Source: Dicyema japonicum (Eukaryota > Animalia > Dicyemida). Taken from it: 33,000 nucleotides of DNA. The notes under the pieces are model-generated. The model saw nothing but the letters and a program-made list of their open reading frames with translations, was not told where the DNA came from and ran no database searches. Positions 1 through 11,179 of this stretch are shown in pieces. A program made the position numbers and the translations under genes. Within the stretch, counting starts at the first letter, position 1, and the number at the start of each line of letters is the position of its first letter. The stretch lies in contig RDEW01000049.1 in NCBI GenBank assembly GCA_011109175.1, positions 93,215 to 126,214 on the forward strand, given 5' to 3'.

Positions 1-461
1 ATCATTGAGAGAGTCTTCCACATGATTGACAGGGATCACTGTTTGTTAAGGTAATTTTTCTCCATTCGTCCATTTCCCTTTTTGAGATTTTCTTTATTTC
101 GCTATCAAGCATTCGAATTGTGTATGTAATTTCTGATGATGGCCTTTGGATGCTTTTGAGTCGATTACTTTCATTCATAATCTTCTTCGTTTTGCGGTCA
201 AACGTTTAATGTAGGATTGATCTTTCCCCGATAAATACCTTCATTGCCTTCTGGATCTTTTTGTCAACATAAGAGACTGCATTATCGAGTTAGTTGAAAC
301 CTACTGCGTTGAAATCGGATAAGTTCATGTCCATATATTGAGAAAAATTTTTCCAATTTCCGTTTCTGTAATCCAGTAAAGTGTTTCGTCTTCCTTCCGA
401 AATGAGCGTGCCCTTTATCCAAATGAAAATAAGATTGTGGTCGCTCCAAAAGTCATAAATC
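1..461 (-). mobile_element. Non-LTR retrotransposon fragment (APE endonuclease C-terminus plus EN-RT linker), copy 1
   Basis: Minus strand reads IYDFWSDHNLIFI...LDYRNGNWKNFSQY...MEKNYLNKQ*SLSIMWKTLSM. This has the APE SDH motif, a YxxxNWxxF-type motif and a WK motif, with in-frame stops. Near-identical to 1261-1720. Confidence 0.7.
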
Positions 462-1254
462 NNNNNNNNNNNNNNNNNNNNNNNNNNNNNNNNNNNNNNN
501 NNNNNNNNNNNNNNNNNNNNNNNNNNNNNNNNNNNNNNNNNNNNNNNNNNNNNNNNNNNNNNNNNNNNNNNNNNNNNNNNNNNNNNNNNNNNNNNNNNNN
601 NNNNNNNNNNNNNNNNNNNNNNNNNNNNNNNNNNNNNNNNNNNNNNNNNNNNNNNNNNNNNNNNNNNNNNNNNNNNNNNNNNNNNNNNNNNNNNNNNNNN
701 NNNNNNNNNNNNNNNNNNNNNNNNNNNNNNNNNNNNNNNNNNNNNNNNNNNNNNNNNNNNNNNNNNNNNNNNNNNNNNNNNNNNNNNNNNNNNNNNNNNN
801 NNNNNNNNNNNNNNNNNNNNNNNNNNNNNNNNNNNNNNNNNNNNNNNNNNNNNNNNNNNNNNNNNNNNNNNNNNNNNNNNNNNNNNNNNNNNNNNNNNNN
901 NNNNNNNNNNNNNNNNNNNNNNNNNNNNNNNNNNNNNNNNNNNNNNNNNNNNNNNNNNNNNNNNNNNNNNNNNNNNNNNNNNNNNNNNNNNNNNNNNNNN
1001 NNNNNNNNNNNNNNNNNNNNNNNNNNNNNNNNNNNNNNNNNNNNNNNNNNNNNNNNNNNNNNNNNNNNNNNNNNNNNNNNNNNNNNNNNNNNNNNNNNNN
1101 NNNNNNNNNNNNNNNNNNNNNNNNNNNNNNNNNNNNNNNNNNNNNNNNNNNNNNNNNNNNNNNNNNNNNNNNNNNNNNNNNNNNNNNNNNNNNNNNNNNN
1201 NNNNNNNNNNNNNNNNNNNNNNNNNNNNNNNNNNNNNNNNNNNNNNNNNNNNNN
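462..1254. other. Assembly gap (793 N)
   Basis: Run of N. The long ORFs listed at 415-1325 are artefacts of this gap. Confidence 0.99.
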
Positions 1255-1900
1255 TTTTTTATCATTGAGAGAGTCTTCCACATGATTGACAGGGATCCCT
1301 GTTTGTTAAGGTAATTTTTCTCCATTCGTCCATTTCCCTTTTTGAGATTTTCTTTATTTCGCTATCAAACACTCGAATTCTGTATGTAATTTCTGGTGAT
1401 GGCCTTTGGATGCTTTTGAGTCGATTACTTTCATTCATAATCTTCGTTTTGCGGTCAAACGTTTAATGTAGGATTGATCTTTCCCCGATAAATACCTTCA
1501 TTGCCTTCTGGATCTTTTTGTTAACATAAGAGACTGCATTATCGAGTTAGTTGAAACGTACTGCGTTGAAATCGGATAAGTTCATGTCCATATATTGAGA
1601 AAAATTTTTCCAATTTCCGTTTCTGTAATCCAGTAAAGTGTTTCGTCCTCTTTCCGAGATGAGCGTGCTCTTCATCCAAATGAAAATAAGATTGTGGTCG
1701 CTCCAAATGTCATTAATCAATGTTTGAAGATCGAGGCTAGACTAAAAAAATTACGAAACGATGNTAAGTTCATGTCCATATATTGAGAAAAATTTTTCCA
1801 ATTTCCGTTTCTGTAATCCAGTAAAGTGTTTCGTCTTCTTTCCGAAATGAGCGTGCCCTTCATCCAAATGAAAATAAGATTGTGGTCGCTCCGAAAGTCA
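1255..1900 (-). mobile_element. LINE APE/linker fragment, copy 2 (1255-1763) and partial copy 3 (1765-1900)
   Basis: Same sequence as 1-461 with scattered substitutions and a 3-bp indel. A single N at 1764 separates copies 2 and 3. The SDH codons of copy 3 are at 1882-1890. Confidence 0.7.
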
Positions 1901-2172
1901 TAAATCAATGCTTGAAGATCGAGGCTAGACTAAAAAGAATTACGGAACGATGGATTTTTGGAGAGTCCCAGCCTTCAATGCCCCTACAATCTATGATACG
2001 CATGAACCGTATAAAATGACGTTGTGACTACAAAGATCCAGTCATTCCGCCGATAATTGCTCGTGCGGGGTTAAGGGAAGAGAATCGGACCTAGTTGAGG
2101 TCTCTGCTAGGGCGTGCTAGGATCACTTTATTAGTTAGTCTGGTGTAACAGTGGTTTTGTTATTATTATTAT
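1895..2172 (+). mobile_element. LINE 3' (post-RT) fragment ending in a (TAT)4 tract
   Basis: Plus strand reads ARLKRITERWIFGESQPSMPLQSMIRM. This is homologous to 10425-10520 (+) and to 25975-26306 (-), the latter sitting downstream of a post-RT YKQYI motif. (TAT)4 at 2161-2172. Confidence 0.55.
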
Positions 2173-2689
2173 TTGTTTAAGTTAACCTAGGCCATACCCA
2201 ACGTGAACTTTGATGCAACCCCCATTAGCTGTTGACGTGCTATTTGTCAATAATTATCTAACTGATTGCATAATTAGCATATGTACACTATTTAATGGAA
2301 TAAGCGGGTTATTAAATCATTTACGGCTCGTAATCCGGATGCTTGGACATAAGTATTCCTTGCCTGAGAGCCTACAGTATGATGGTCACTATTTGCTGTC
2401 CTACATTTTATCCACAATTTCATTTCCCTTATACAAAATGTCAAAATTCAGATTCATTGTTGATTCAGTACGTTTTGGTGAGAAGGTGGATGTCTGCTGA
2501 AAAGAAGAGGAAGGACAAACAAAAGAATGGGTCTTCCAGTAAATTGGCACAATTTACTGAAAAGTAACTGTCAATCTTCTTTTGTGCCCACTATCTACTC
2601 GGATATCCAATAGATTTATAATGAGCTACAGAAAGAGAATGACTGACAAAACAAATTGTCATCCTTTTTAGACTACAGCAATTTTCACA

Positions 2690-3005
2690 TAATAATAATA
2701 AAGCCTTTTCACGAGAGCCATAGTATTTATAGCTCCGCATAGGCAGGACACACACTTTATTTAAGTAAAGAACAATTAATTTTAACTAATCGTAGAACCA
2801 AGGAATGATCTTCACTTCTTTTTTTTCTTTTTCTTGTGTGTGAGTCCTTTCTAGACTATCCAGTTCCGCAGTGAATATCCACTGATGACGGCGTCACTCG
2901 TCAAACCATTTCTGCATCGTAGATGCGTGGAACCTTCCACCAGGTGAACAGCAGCGAGATTATAACCCGTAGCATAAGCCACTTAAGCCCGACACCTAAC
3001 CACTA
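2690..3005 (-). mobile_element. SINE-like element, copy 1
   Basis: The reverse complement of 2759-2961 shares ordered exact blocks with 12434-12638: AATCTCGCTGCTG, GAAGGTTCCACG, TCTACGATGC, TCACTGCGGAAC, TACGATTAGTTA, TGTTCTTTACTTAAAT. Degenerate B-box-like GGTTATAATC at its 5' end and a (TTA)n tract at its 3' end. No ORF. Confidence 0.55.
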
Positions 3006-3132
3006 ACTTTAATTTTCTATTAATATTTTAAAATTGGCCGATATTTTTAGTAAAATAATTTTTTGCAAAACAAATTGTTTAAATTAAAATAAATTTAATA
3101 TCAGGGCTATGTGGTAGCGTATTTTTTGTTAC

Positions 3133-3480
3133 AAGCGTCTAACTTGCACTCAGAAACAAGAAATCATTAAATATAAGTATGTGAAACAATATCTAAAAGA
3201 TTCTCCGATTATAAAAATGATGTTGGAAGACAATCAAATTTTACTCAACAGCGTCTAACTTGCACTCAGAAACAAGAAATCATTAAATATAAGTATGTGA
3301 AACAATATCTAAAAAATTCTCCGATTATAAAAATGATGTTGGAAGACAATCAAATTTTACTCAACCGGGATAATATTTTGGGACAAAACCTGCAAAACAC
3401 TAAAATCTCCACCCCATGACGATAAACTGGTAGAGTGGATGGGTTCAATGGAACCAACAGGTTTGTCAAATGAATAACTG
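3133..3480 (+). pseudogene. Decayed pogo/Tigger-like transposase N-terminus (psq/CENP-B-type HTHs)
   Basis: KRLTCTQKQEIIKY (in the duplicated unit) and KTLKSPPHDDKLVEWMGSMEPTGLS resemble the two HTH blocks of Tc5/CENP-B-type transposases. Frameshifted. Confidence 0.4.
3134..3365. repeat. Tandem duplication, 2 x 116 bp
   Basis: 3134-3249 and 3250-3365, with one substitution. Confidence 0.95.
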
Positions 3481-3875
3481 TTAAGGTGCTCTGATAGACG
3501 ACTCTTATAGTACATTTACATGGTGAAATGAAATTTTTGCCATTGAAAAACTTGTTGAGGAAATTGATTGTGAAGACGACGTAATAATGATCACTTTATA
3601 AGAAGGTATAGATTATAATTGCATTAATAATTTCTAGTGATGATTAAAACGTTTATTTCTACTAATCCGAGTGGTACATTACCTACGGACTTTCCTGTGA
3701 ATGAACGGGATGGACAAAACAATAGAACGCATTGAAGTGGTCAGAGTACAAAAAGACTCCCTAATCCAAATTCTCAACCGGAGTGCCGTGCAAATATTAT
3801 ATTCTCCATGCGATTATCGACCAGGTGAATAAGGAGGACAAAGATGAGTGGGTGTCGGAAGTTTTCAGAGTATCT

Positions 3876-3931
3876 NNNNNNNNNNNNNNNNNNNNNNNNN
3901 NNNNNNNNNNNNNNNNNNNNNNNNNNNNNNN
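3876..3931. other. Assembly gap (56 N)
   Basis: Run of N. Confidence 0.99.
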
Positions 3932-5607
3932 ATTCAATATTAAATTTAGACATTAGCGTTAACCTGATTTACTCTGGTGATTTACTGAAACTGAAAGAAA
4001 TTGTCATGAAAAACACGGATAAGGTTATGACTGCGGGGGAACTTGTTCTTGTTTACAGTCACTCCCAATTTAACATTATCTAAGAACTAATTTTTGATTT
4101 ATCGAGGATAAACTAATGTTCGATTCCCCTTATTTCTTAGTGGCGTAAAAAACAACTCGTCGACTTCGACGACTTTCCTTGCCTCTCCTCTTACATTGTA
4201 GAGACAGCCATGACGATTTGATTGACACTTTGAAGACGCATAGGGACATTTGGTAGAAAAGAGAAGTGATCTACTGACCAAGTATACTTTTTCTGTGCTC
4301 TCATTTGACGGAAACCGTGATATTTGCAGGAAATACAAAATGTTTTGTTGTATATTGAGATAACCGATGGTAATTCACTTTCTTTTACTTTCAGTTCCTT
4401 GAAAACAGTTGAAAACCTCAGAAGAGTTAAATGGTTACCTGTTGATAGAATAATAGTAGAGACAGGTCGTGATATCTATTTTCGGATTCTCCCTGCTGTT
4501 CAATGAAACGTATCTGGGAAGCAGACAAGTACATAAAAACGAGATGGCAAACACTCAAAATTAATAAATGGACAGAAGGATAACTAATTCAAGGACGGAA
4601 TGGGCCTTCCTGCATAGTTCGGATTTTTATGATTTAAAGCAAAGTCACGACAATTATAGCTGCTTATAAGGGAATGGACCTCATTGGCAGAAGTGATTAT
4701 GTAATATTACTTATTCATTGTTCTTTGGGGGGAAAAGATAGACTCGATTAAAATGTGAAATTAAAATTGTTTCTGTAAAATAAAGTGGTAGTTATGTTAG
4801 ATTCTTAGAAGATGCTCTTAAAATTGATCTACGTGGTTGAGTAGCATTGAAAATGACTATATGTATGAAAGATAAAGTGGGAACTGACTGTCATACTGGA
4901 GACTTACAATATTTGGTTTTTCTATCGAAATAGAGCATCTATTTATATTAATGAAGTCTTTTAACTCAACTTAGTATCTCAGAGAAAAAATACAGTTTTT
5001 ATGTTAGAAAGACAGGCAAAAGACTACGCCGCTGACTGGTCCCCTATGACATCTGTCAACCATAGATAATTGGAATTTACATGCAATGCTTAGGCGATGA
5101 GTTAAAACTAGTTCTTCGCGAACAATCCTAGTTACCTCTGGAAGACTTATAACGACAAAGTGTCCTGCAACTACAGAGGTAGTGTCAAAATAACGAATTA
5201 TATGACAATTAGCCTTCCATGCAAAAGTGCTTCTATTCAGGTCATATAGTTTAGATGAGAATATAAGGATTCCCTCTACTCATTCTCACCAAAGAGTCAC
5301 TGATTTATTGCTTAAAACCGATCGTCTGCTTAAAATTGAATTTAAAGATCTATTTAAGTGATCCCATGTCAATATCGACTTATATCGAGCTTCCTCCTAA
5401 GATTGGTTTAGGAATCCTGGAACTTTCATAAATGCTAAGATTTCTTCTTGTATCTCTCTATTTTTGATAAAAAGTAATATATTTATACAAACTAAAATTT
5501 AAACAAATAATTTAAATAATTAAATAAATTTATAATTATTGTTTGATGGGCCCTTCGTTTACATCTGTATTTTTTAAATATACTCAGTCAATTAAAGATT
5601 TCTTAGT

Positions 5608-6930
5608 ATGGAGGAAGAGCTGGAAGCTAAATCATTTATCTTACATTGCAAGGATGTGACACGATCTTGGAATTTTACAAATCAATGACATAGCTAACTA
5701 ATTAGACAGACGTTCACAGATTATATTCAGAAAGTGTCGACAAAATATTGAAAATCTATTCGTTCAAATGAGAGACATTTCGATTATTAACAGTGATAAT
5801 AGTCTGTTTGACCGATCAAATTGAGACTCCCAAGTCGACAAACAGGAAAGTATGACAGATTTATTTATACGCAAGACTTCAAAGGGGGTAATGAATGGAA
5901 ATGAGAACTTAAAAGCTCAGATTGAAAATTTGATTAACAAAACTTTGTGAAATCTTCGGAAATTAACAAATTAGAGACCAAAATAACCGAATTTGCTATA
6001 AAAAAGAGATTATGAGGAAAGGGCTGAAAATATTGTTAAGTAAGCTCGAGGAAAGTCATTTGGTTGAGTTGATCGAGAAAATGTATGAAAACAGCATTTT
6101 GATGGATAAGAACTAAAAATGGAGGAGAAATTGGCAGAAATGGATAATTTAACATCCCAGTTGATAACAGTAAAATGACAATTTAGAGTATGATAGAGCC
6201 GTGGATCTGCTAAAAGAGAGATTTTACAGTCAACAGACAAAATAGCGGACTTGACTGTTTTGCGGGCAAAAGAATTTTGTTCGTTAACCATGCTAGTCGT
6301 TCAAAGGAATATGAGCTCGCCTCTAGAACGATTGGCTAACAGACTGAAGAAATTGAGCTTCTGAAAGCAGATTTGACAACATTTTGAATATAAAACAGGA
6401 ATATGAAATATTGAACCGAAAATTATTGGAAGATCAGTCACATTTCCTTTGAATGATGACTTGAAAAAAGCATGTCAGGCGTATTGTTGGAAGATGATAA
6501 AAAATTTGTTAGTTATTGGTGAAACTGAAAGGAATAGCTTATTAATATAGATTGACGGCCTAAAGGAGGCCAATGGAGAACGGAAGGGATGAGCACATAT
6601 GAGCTTCTTGCTTTCTCAATTCTAACCAAGAACAGTTGTTACTACAGTTTAATCAGCTGATGTCGAAAAAAAGTCTCCGAGGCCAAAATTAACTTTCATT
6701 AGATAAGAGTTCGGACAAGAGATTTGGGTGAACAGGAAAGCTGTAGGTAGAAGATCAGTAGGTTATTCTCTCATAAGGAGGAACTCGTTAACAGTATGAA
6801 TGTGCTAAAGGAAAGAATTTCCAATTGGCATGCGAAATCTCTGAGAATAAGAACGTCAACCAACTAAGGAGCTTCATGAGATAAGGATAAACAAGGTGAG
6901 CATTTATTGACGCTGAACTACGAGCAGCTT
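5608..6930 (+). pseudogene. Decayed coding-like region with E/K/L-rich, coiled-coil-like segments; product unknown
   Basis: Purine-rich plus strand with frame-hopping peptides such as NENLKAQIENLINK, SEINKLETKITEF, MEEKLAEMDNLTSQL, EEIELLKADL and HKEELVNSMNVLKERI. Many stops. Confidence 0.3.
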
Positions 6931-7631
6931 TGATGTGACCAACGGGACAAAAGTTCTCTCAAAAAACACATATTTTTTCTCGAGGTGAGAATAAATCGAA
7001 TTAAAAGACTGAAAAATTCTAAAATCTTCTACCACACATTTCAGGTGGGAGTTCAACAAATCTTGGTACTAGTACCTCTCTATAACATTGACATATATGG
7101 CGGGATGATTTAAGCCAAAATGAGTCGTGCTGCCATTCAAGCCGAACTACTCTCCCTGTTGAGGATTCTGATGGGATTGTGCTCTTTAATATTATCTGTC
7201 TCTTTCACCTTATTAAGTTCAAATAGACACAAGAAATGATTGTGAATCTTCTCAGAATCCATTCCATATACCTCCACTATAATGTCACTATTAAAAACTG
7301 TTATTAGATAAATATTCGACACGTGACAACGATTTTTTAAATTGTTTGAAAATGTTGGTTCTTGTACTGATTTTTGGAAGTAGTCAAGTGTATAATTCCC
7401 TTAGTCCCGGTTTTTTCACTTGACTAAATTTATTACAATCATAATGGTGGTGGATTCGTGGAGTAACAACTTTTCCTGGTAATGTTGCAGTTTAATAAGC
7501 TATATTTTTTTCAAGAAAGTAAGAAATAATAAAATAATTAATTATATTATTAATTATATCAGCATATTTAGAGTAATTTTCTCTTTTATATTTTTTTATA
7601 ATTAAAAAATTTATAAAAAAAACATCACTTT

Positions 7632-8160
7632 TTGGTTGAGGTGGTGAGGTCCCTCTTGAAAAGTATGTCTGAAAAACACGAAAATTGCAACCTAAATGAC
7701 TTCTCTCTTTTAACATTCAATGTCAGAGGACTCTCTAGTGCATGGAAAAGAAAAGAACTTTGTGAAGACCTTTCAAAATACAAGATATCAATCGGATGTC
7801 TCCAAGAGACAAAAATATCGAAGGAGTTTGAAATCTTATACAAGAGAACATGAACTGAGCCAATATCATGTTAGATTATTGATTCAAGATGGATGCTCTT
7901 TGGACACATACTCCGCCACGATATGGGGACCCCTGCCAACATAGCAATAAAGGAGTATTTTGTCTTAGAAGCTTCTCGTTTCCGCGGCCGGCCGAGGACA
8001 ACACTGCCGGTTATTCTAGATGAAGATCTCAGGATACGCTACGGAACATGGCAACGGATCGAAAAAGATGGGGGACGTTAATTAGATTGTTTACTTTTCG
8101 TGTTGCACATGCTTTGTCATGATCTTGGCATCGCGTACGTGCCTATAATAATAATAATAA
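7632..8160 (+). mobile_element. RTE-type LINE with large internal deletion (APE N-terminus fused to 3' end)
   Basis: LLTFNVRGL...IGCLQETK (APE motifs) at 7700-7815, then from about 7890 LFGHILR...RFRGRPRTTLPVILDEDL (RTE C-terminus), then a (TAA)5 tail at about 8145-8160. Confidence 0.8.
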
Positions 8161-8304
8161 ATATCACAATTTTAAGAAACACACTAATAAATATCACCAA
8201 AAAGCGCCAAGAACTCAGAGAAAACGCGATGTCGGTCTATTACGTTCTGCAAGTCCCTCACTGAAATTCTCCAGATATATTCATGAAGATATGCTATGTT
8301 GTCC

Positions 8305-8420
8305 AATTTAGTCGTGTCCGACCCTTGGAGATCTCATGAACGAGTTTCGTCCACTCTCCCCGATCCGTTGCAATTTGGAGTAGCCTTGATATAGGCATTC
8401 TCGTAACGTCTTCATTCATG
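8305..8420 (-). mobile_element. 3' tip of a BovB-like RTE, same family as 21487-22720
   Basis: Close nucleotide match to 21492-21585 (shared block CTCTCCCCGATCCGTTGCAATTTGGAGTAGCCTTGATATA). Minus-strand peptide VTRMPISRLLQIATDRGEW. Confidence 0.8.
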
Positions 8421-8569
8421 AAGATAACTCTTGAATAATTGATTTGATGTTCCTTTATGCAATTAGAATCAAATTTATACCATATTGTTGACGACTTTTT
8501 CTTTTAGCACGCTGCCATAGCTACTCGATGGACTGAGTGTGGAAATTTGGATCGGTGGGATCAACAAAA

Positions 8570-9096
8570 TTTTGGGAGTGATTCACCCAAGAATGGCTGT
8601 ATATACCGTCATCCCATTGTGGGATTGACTGATATGCCAACCACCCATCAGTTATTTCTCGTCCCAGTAAGTATGTGTTTTGTAATTACATCTTTCAATG
8701 TTTCCGTCGATCTACAATGTTCAATATTTTAAAATAAACCTATCGTGAACCTCTGCGAGAAACAGCGCCCTGTTATATTTACGTATTTTATTAACGTAAG
8801 ACGAAATCACATCAATAGCGTGCTTTCTTATTAACTTTTAATAAAAATTAATATATACAAAAATATATACGATTTTGGAATAATTGAATAACTTTCAGCT
8901 TTAAAGTAAGTTAGGCTCCACAGTATTATTGAATATTAATTATATTAATTTATCTAAAAATATATCAAAAAAAATATTATTAATTATGATTTAATTATAT
9001 ATTAATTTGAAATTATTATTATTAAAAAATAAAACTTAAATAAAGGTTCGGACCCCTTGGAATTTTTCGCGGATCCCAGGTTGAGACCCACCGATC
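8570..9096 (+). mobile_element. Possible hAT (Charlie/Buster-like) 3' remnant with terminal repeat
   Basis: GGTTCGGACCCC...GGATCCCAGGTTGAGACCCACCG at 9045-9093 resembles Charlie-type right ends (GGTTGAGAACCACTG). Upstream NVSVDLQCSIF*NKPIVNLCEKQ weakly resembles a Buster-type transposase C-terminus. A 10-bp inverted match GATCGGTGGG lies at 8550-8559. Confidence 0.4.
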
Positions 9097-9399
9097 TAAT
9101 AAATAAGAACCACCAGATTAACCATTAGAGAATATTCCAGTTACCCTTAGTTTTGGAATAATTTTAATTTTTTTATTTTTTGCTGAAGATCCATATTAAA
9201 ATGTGTAAAAGGTTTTGAACAAAAAGTATATTATTATTTTGTAGGAAATTGTTGATTGTCGTGTTGTTATTGTGATTTACTATCACAAAAATATCAAAAA
9301 AAGTGATTTATTGAAAATTATGAACCTCGAATGTATGGTCAACGATTCTTAATCATTTTTCCATCTTCTTTTCATTCGCATTTTTTCTGCAGCTACCAA

Positions 9400-10108
9400 A
9401 GTATGTCTTCGTGCTGAATCCCGTGACAAAGAGGTCTACACCTTTTTATAGTATGGTAATCTATTTAAGCGTTCATCAGAAATTTCTGGCGGATAATCGA
9501 CTCGATTAAATATATTGAAAGGAGCAAGTTTGATGGTCTCGTGAATGGTAATACTGTATCTGAATACAATATCTCCCAGACTGATTGATATTTTCACAGA
9601 GTTCCATCAGTAGAAAAAACGGATGATAACCACTTTTAAGAGTTTGATTTAACCTATACATTATCATATAAATGATACCTCTCTATCTGGCCTTGAACCC
9701 ACGGTGCTCTCGGTCGTCCAAAAATATGTTTAATTTAGCCTGTTACATATTTCTCTTTGAAAAGAGATTCTGAACTCAAAACTATTGTCTGTTTGAAATA
9801 TAATAGGTGGTCCATAGGTATAAAAAAATTTCTGGCAGGCAAAAATACTATTATCAATTGTTGTTTCAGTTTTGCTCCTCCCTCGCAAAAAATTGCTGAA
9901 ATAAATTGTTGCCCTAATCTTATTATAATCGAATTACTCTATAATAGACTATATCGTCCTCGAAAACTAGCAATGGGGCTAATCTCCAAATGCGCTGTTT
10001 ACTCTTTCTTGAAAGCAACGCATCAAGATATCTGTTTTCTAGATATTCGATTATCTGACACAACTCATCCATGTTCAACTTGAAGCTTAAAACCATGTGC
10101 AGAAACAA
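9400..10108 (-). pseudogene. Stand-alone rve-type integrase relic (Ginger/KRBA2-like)
   Basis: Minus strand: N-terminal LCQIIEYLENRY...FEDDIVYY, then FFYTYGPPIIFQTDNSFEF, GRPRAPWVQGQIER and KWLSSV. These cover the second D and the E region of a DDE integrase core. Stops and frameshifts. Confidence 0.75.
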
Positions 10109-10424
10109 ATAATTTTTTTTTATTTTTTAATATTAATAACGTTTTTTGTTAATTAAGAGTAATAAAATATCATTAAAATGACACTCTATCATATTGACTA
10201 ATTTTTTTGCTACTTTATGTTTTTAAATATTAACGAATTTAACTAAAAATTACACTATTCAACTCAGAATGTTCTGAATTATCCAGATAACTAATTTTTA
10301 TTTTGATTAGTTCTTGTGAAGTTCCACGTATGACGGAGTTCCACGTACGGACGGTGACAAATATTATTTTTGATGTTTTCTGTTAATGGTAAAATTCATA
10401 TTGAAAGGGATAACGTTAATTATA

Positions 10425-10520
10425 CGCTGGGGTTCAGGAGAGTTCCAGCTACCAATGGCTCTTTAAGCCTTGATACGAATAAACCATGGAACGCGCAGTC
10501 GTGACCACGAAGATCCTTGA
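10425..10520 (+). mobile_element. Short LINE 3' fragment homologous to 1945-2045 and 25975-26090
   Basis: Peptide RWGSGEFQLPMAL*ALIRINHGTR. Shared nucleotide blocks such as GGAGAGTTCCAG and ATGGAACGCGC with the 26-kb copy, which is in the opposite orientation. Confidence 0.65.
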
Positions 10521-10679
10521 GCCAACTCATCCAAGACATGAAGGAAGTTTGCATGTTACTATTTTATTATGATTTTTAGATAATTATTATCTAATGCAGA
10601 TTTTAATATTTTTAATTATTAATGTCCGCTGAACCAAAAAATTAATTTGAGATTCCATTACAGTTAATGTAGGAAATGT

Positions 10680-11100
10680 TATAAAACATTAAAATCCCAG
10701 TTCACGCAAGCAAACAGGCCATCCAAAACCTGTGCATCACCATTGTTCCACTGCCGAACGGAAGTGTCTTCATTGATCTTTGCCGAGGAAGCCGATTGCG
10801 TGAAACAGTGATAGGCCGAGAGGATGTCCATCTTCCTCGTAAATACGGAAAAATCCAGAACCACATATACGAGTTGTAGATTCCATCTGCAAGGAAGGAA
10901 TTTTTGTTCAACACTGTGGTCCCAGCATACGTATTGTTTTTCTTTGCAGTAAGTTTAGCTTTTGGACAGTGACCTATCATGGACACAATCCACTTTCTTC
11001 TGTGCGAGTGAGACTGCTTCTGATGTCGAACTGCTTATTGTTGCAATAATAATGTCATCATAAGAAAGCAGTAGGAAATCCTTGTCAATGTCTGCTGGCA
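10680..11100 (-). mobile_element. Possible L2/Rex1-like LINE endonuclease/linker fragment
   Basis: SVRQWNNGDAQVLDGLFACVNW resembles the VRxW...LxxCFxxxDW linker pattern of CR1/L2-group LINEs. Catalytic motifs are not clearly preserved. Confidence 0.35.
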
Positions 11101-11179
11101 GGTCGTGGAGAAAAAAGGTTGAATAGATTAGGGGACAAAGGAAAACCTTGGGGCACTCTGTTTTGTAATAATTCTTAAT

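Noticed and set aside
415-1325. Three ORFs of 282-290 aa in the ORF track
   Set aside because: Almost entirely X; produced by the N gap.
2210-2680. ORFs 2210-2500 and 2343-2567 as a host gene
   Set aside because: Short, overlapping and without a recognisable motif or clear splice structure.
3932-5400. Short ORFs (3844-4083, 4099-4338, 4324-4506) as exons of a gene
   Set aside because: No family motif recognised and no consistent frame could be assembled.
6560-6800. Apparent similarity (NGE..., EELVN) between the 5.6-6.9-kb and 32-kb coiled-coil regions
   Set aside because: The spacing between motifs differs by more than twofold, and low-complexity E/K/L sequences match by chance.
8545-9101. 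Complete hAT MITE with an 8-bp TSD
   Set aside because: A 10-bp inverted match exists, but the candidate TSDs (ATTTGGAT and ATCTAATA) agree at only 3 of 8 positions. Kept only as a 3' remnant.
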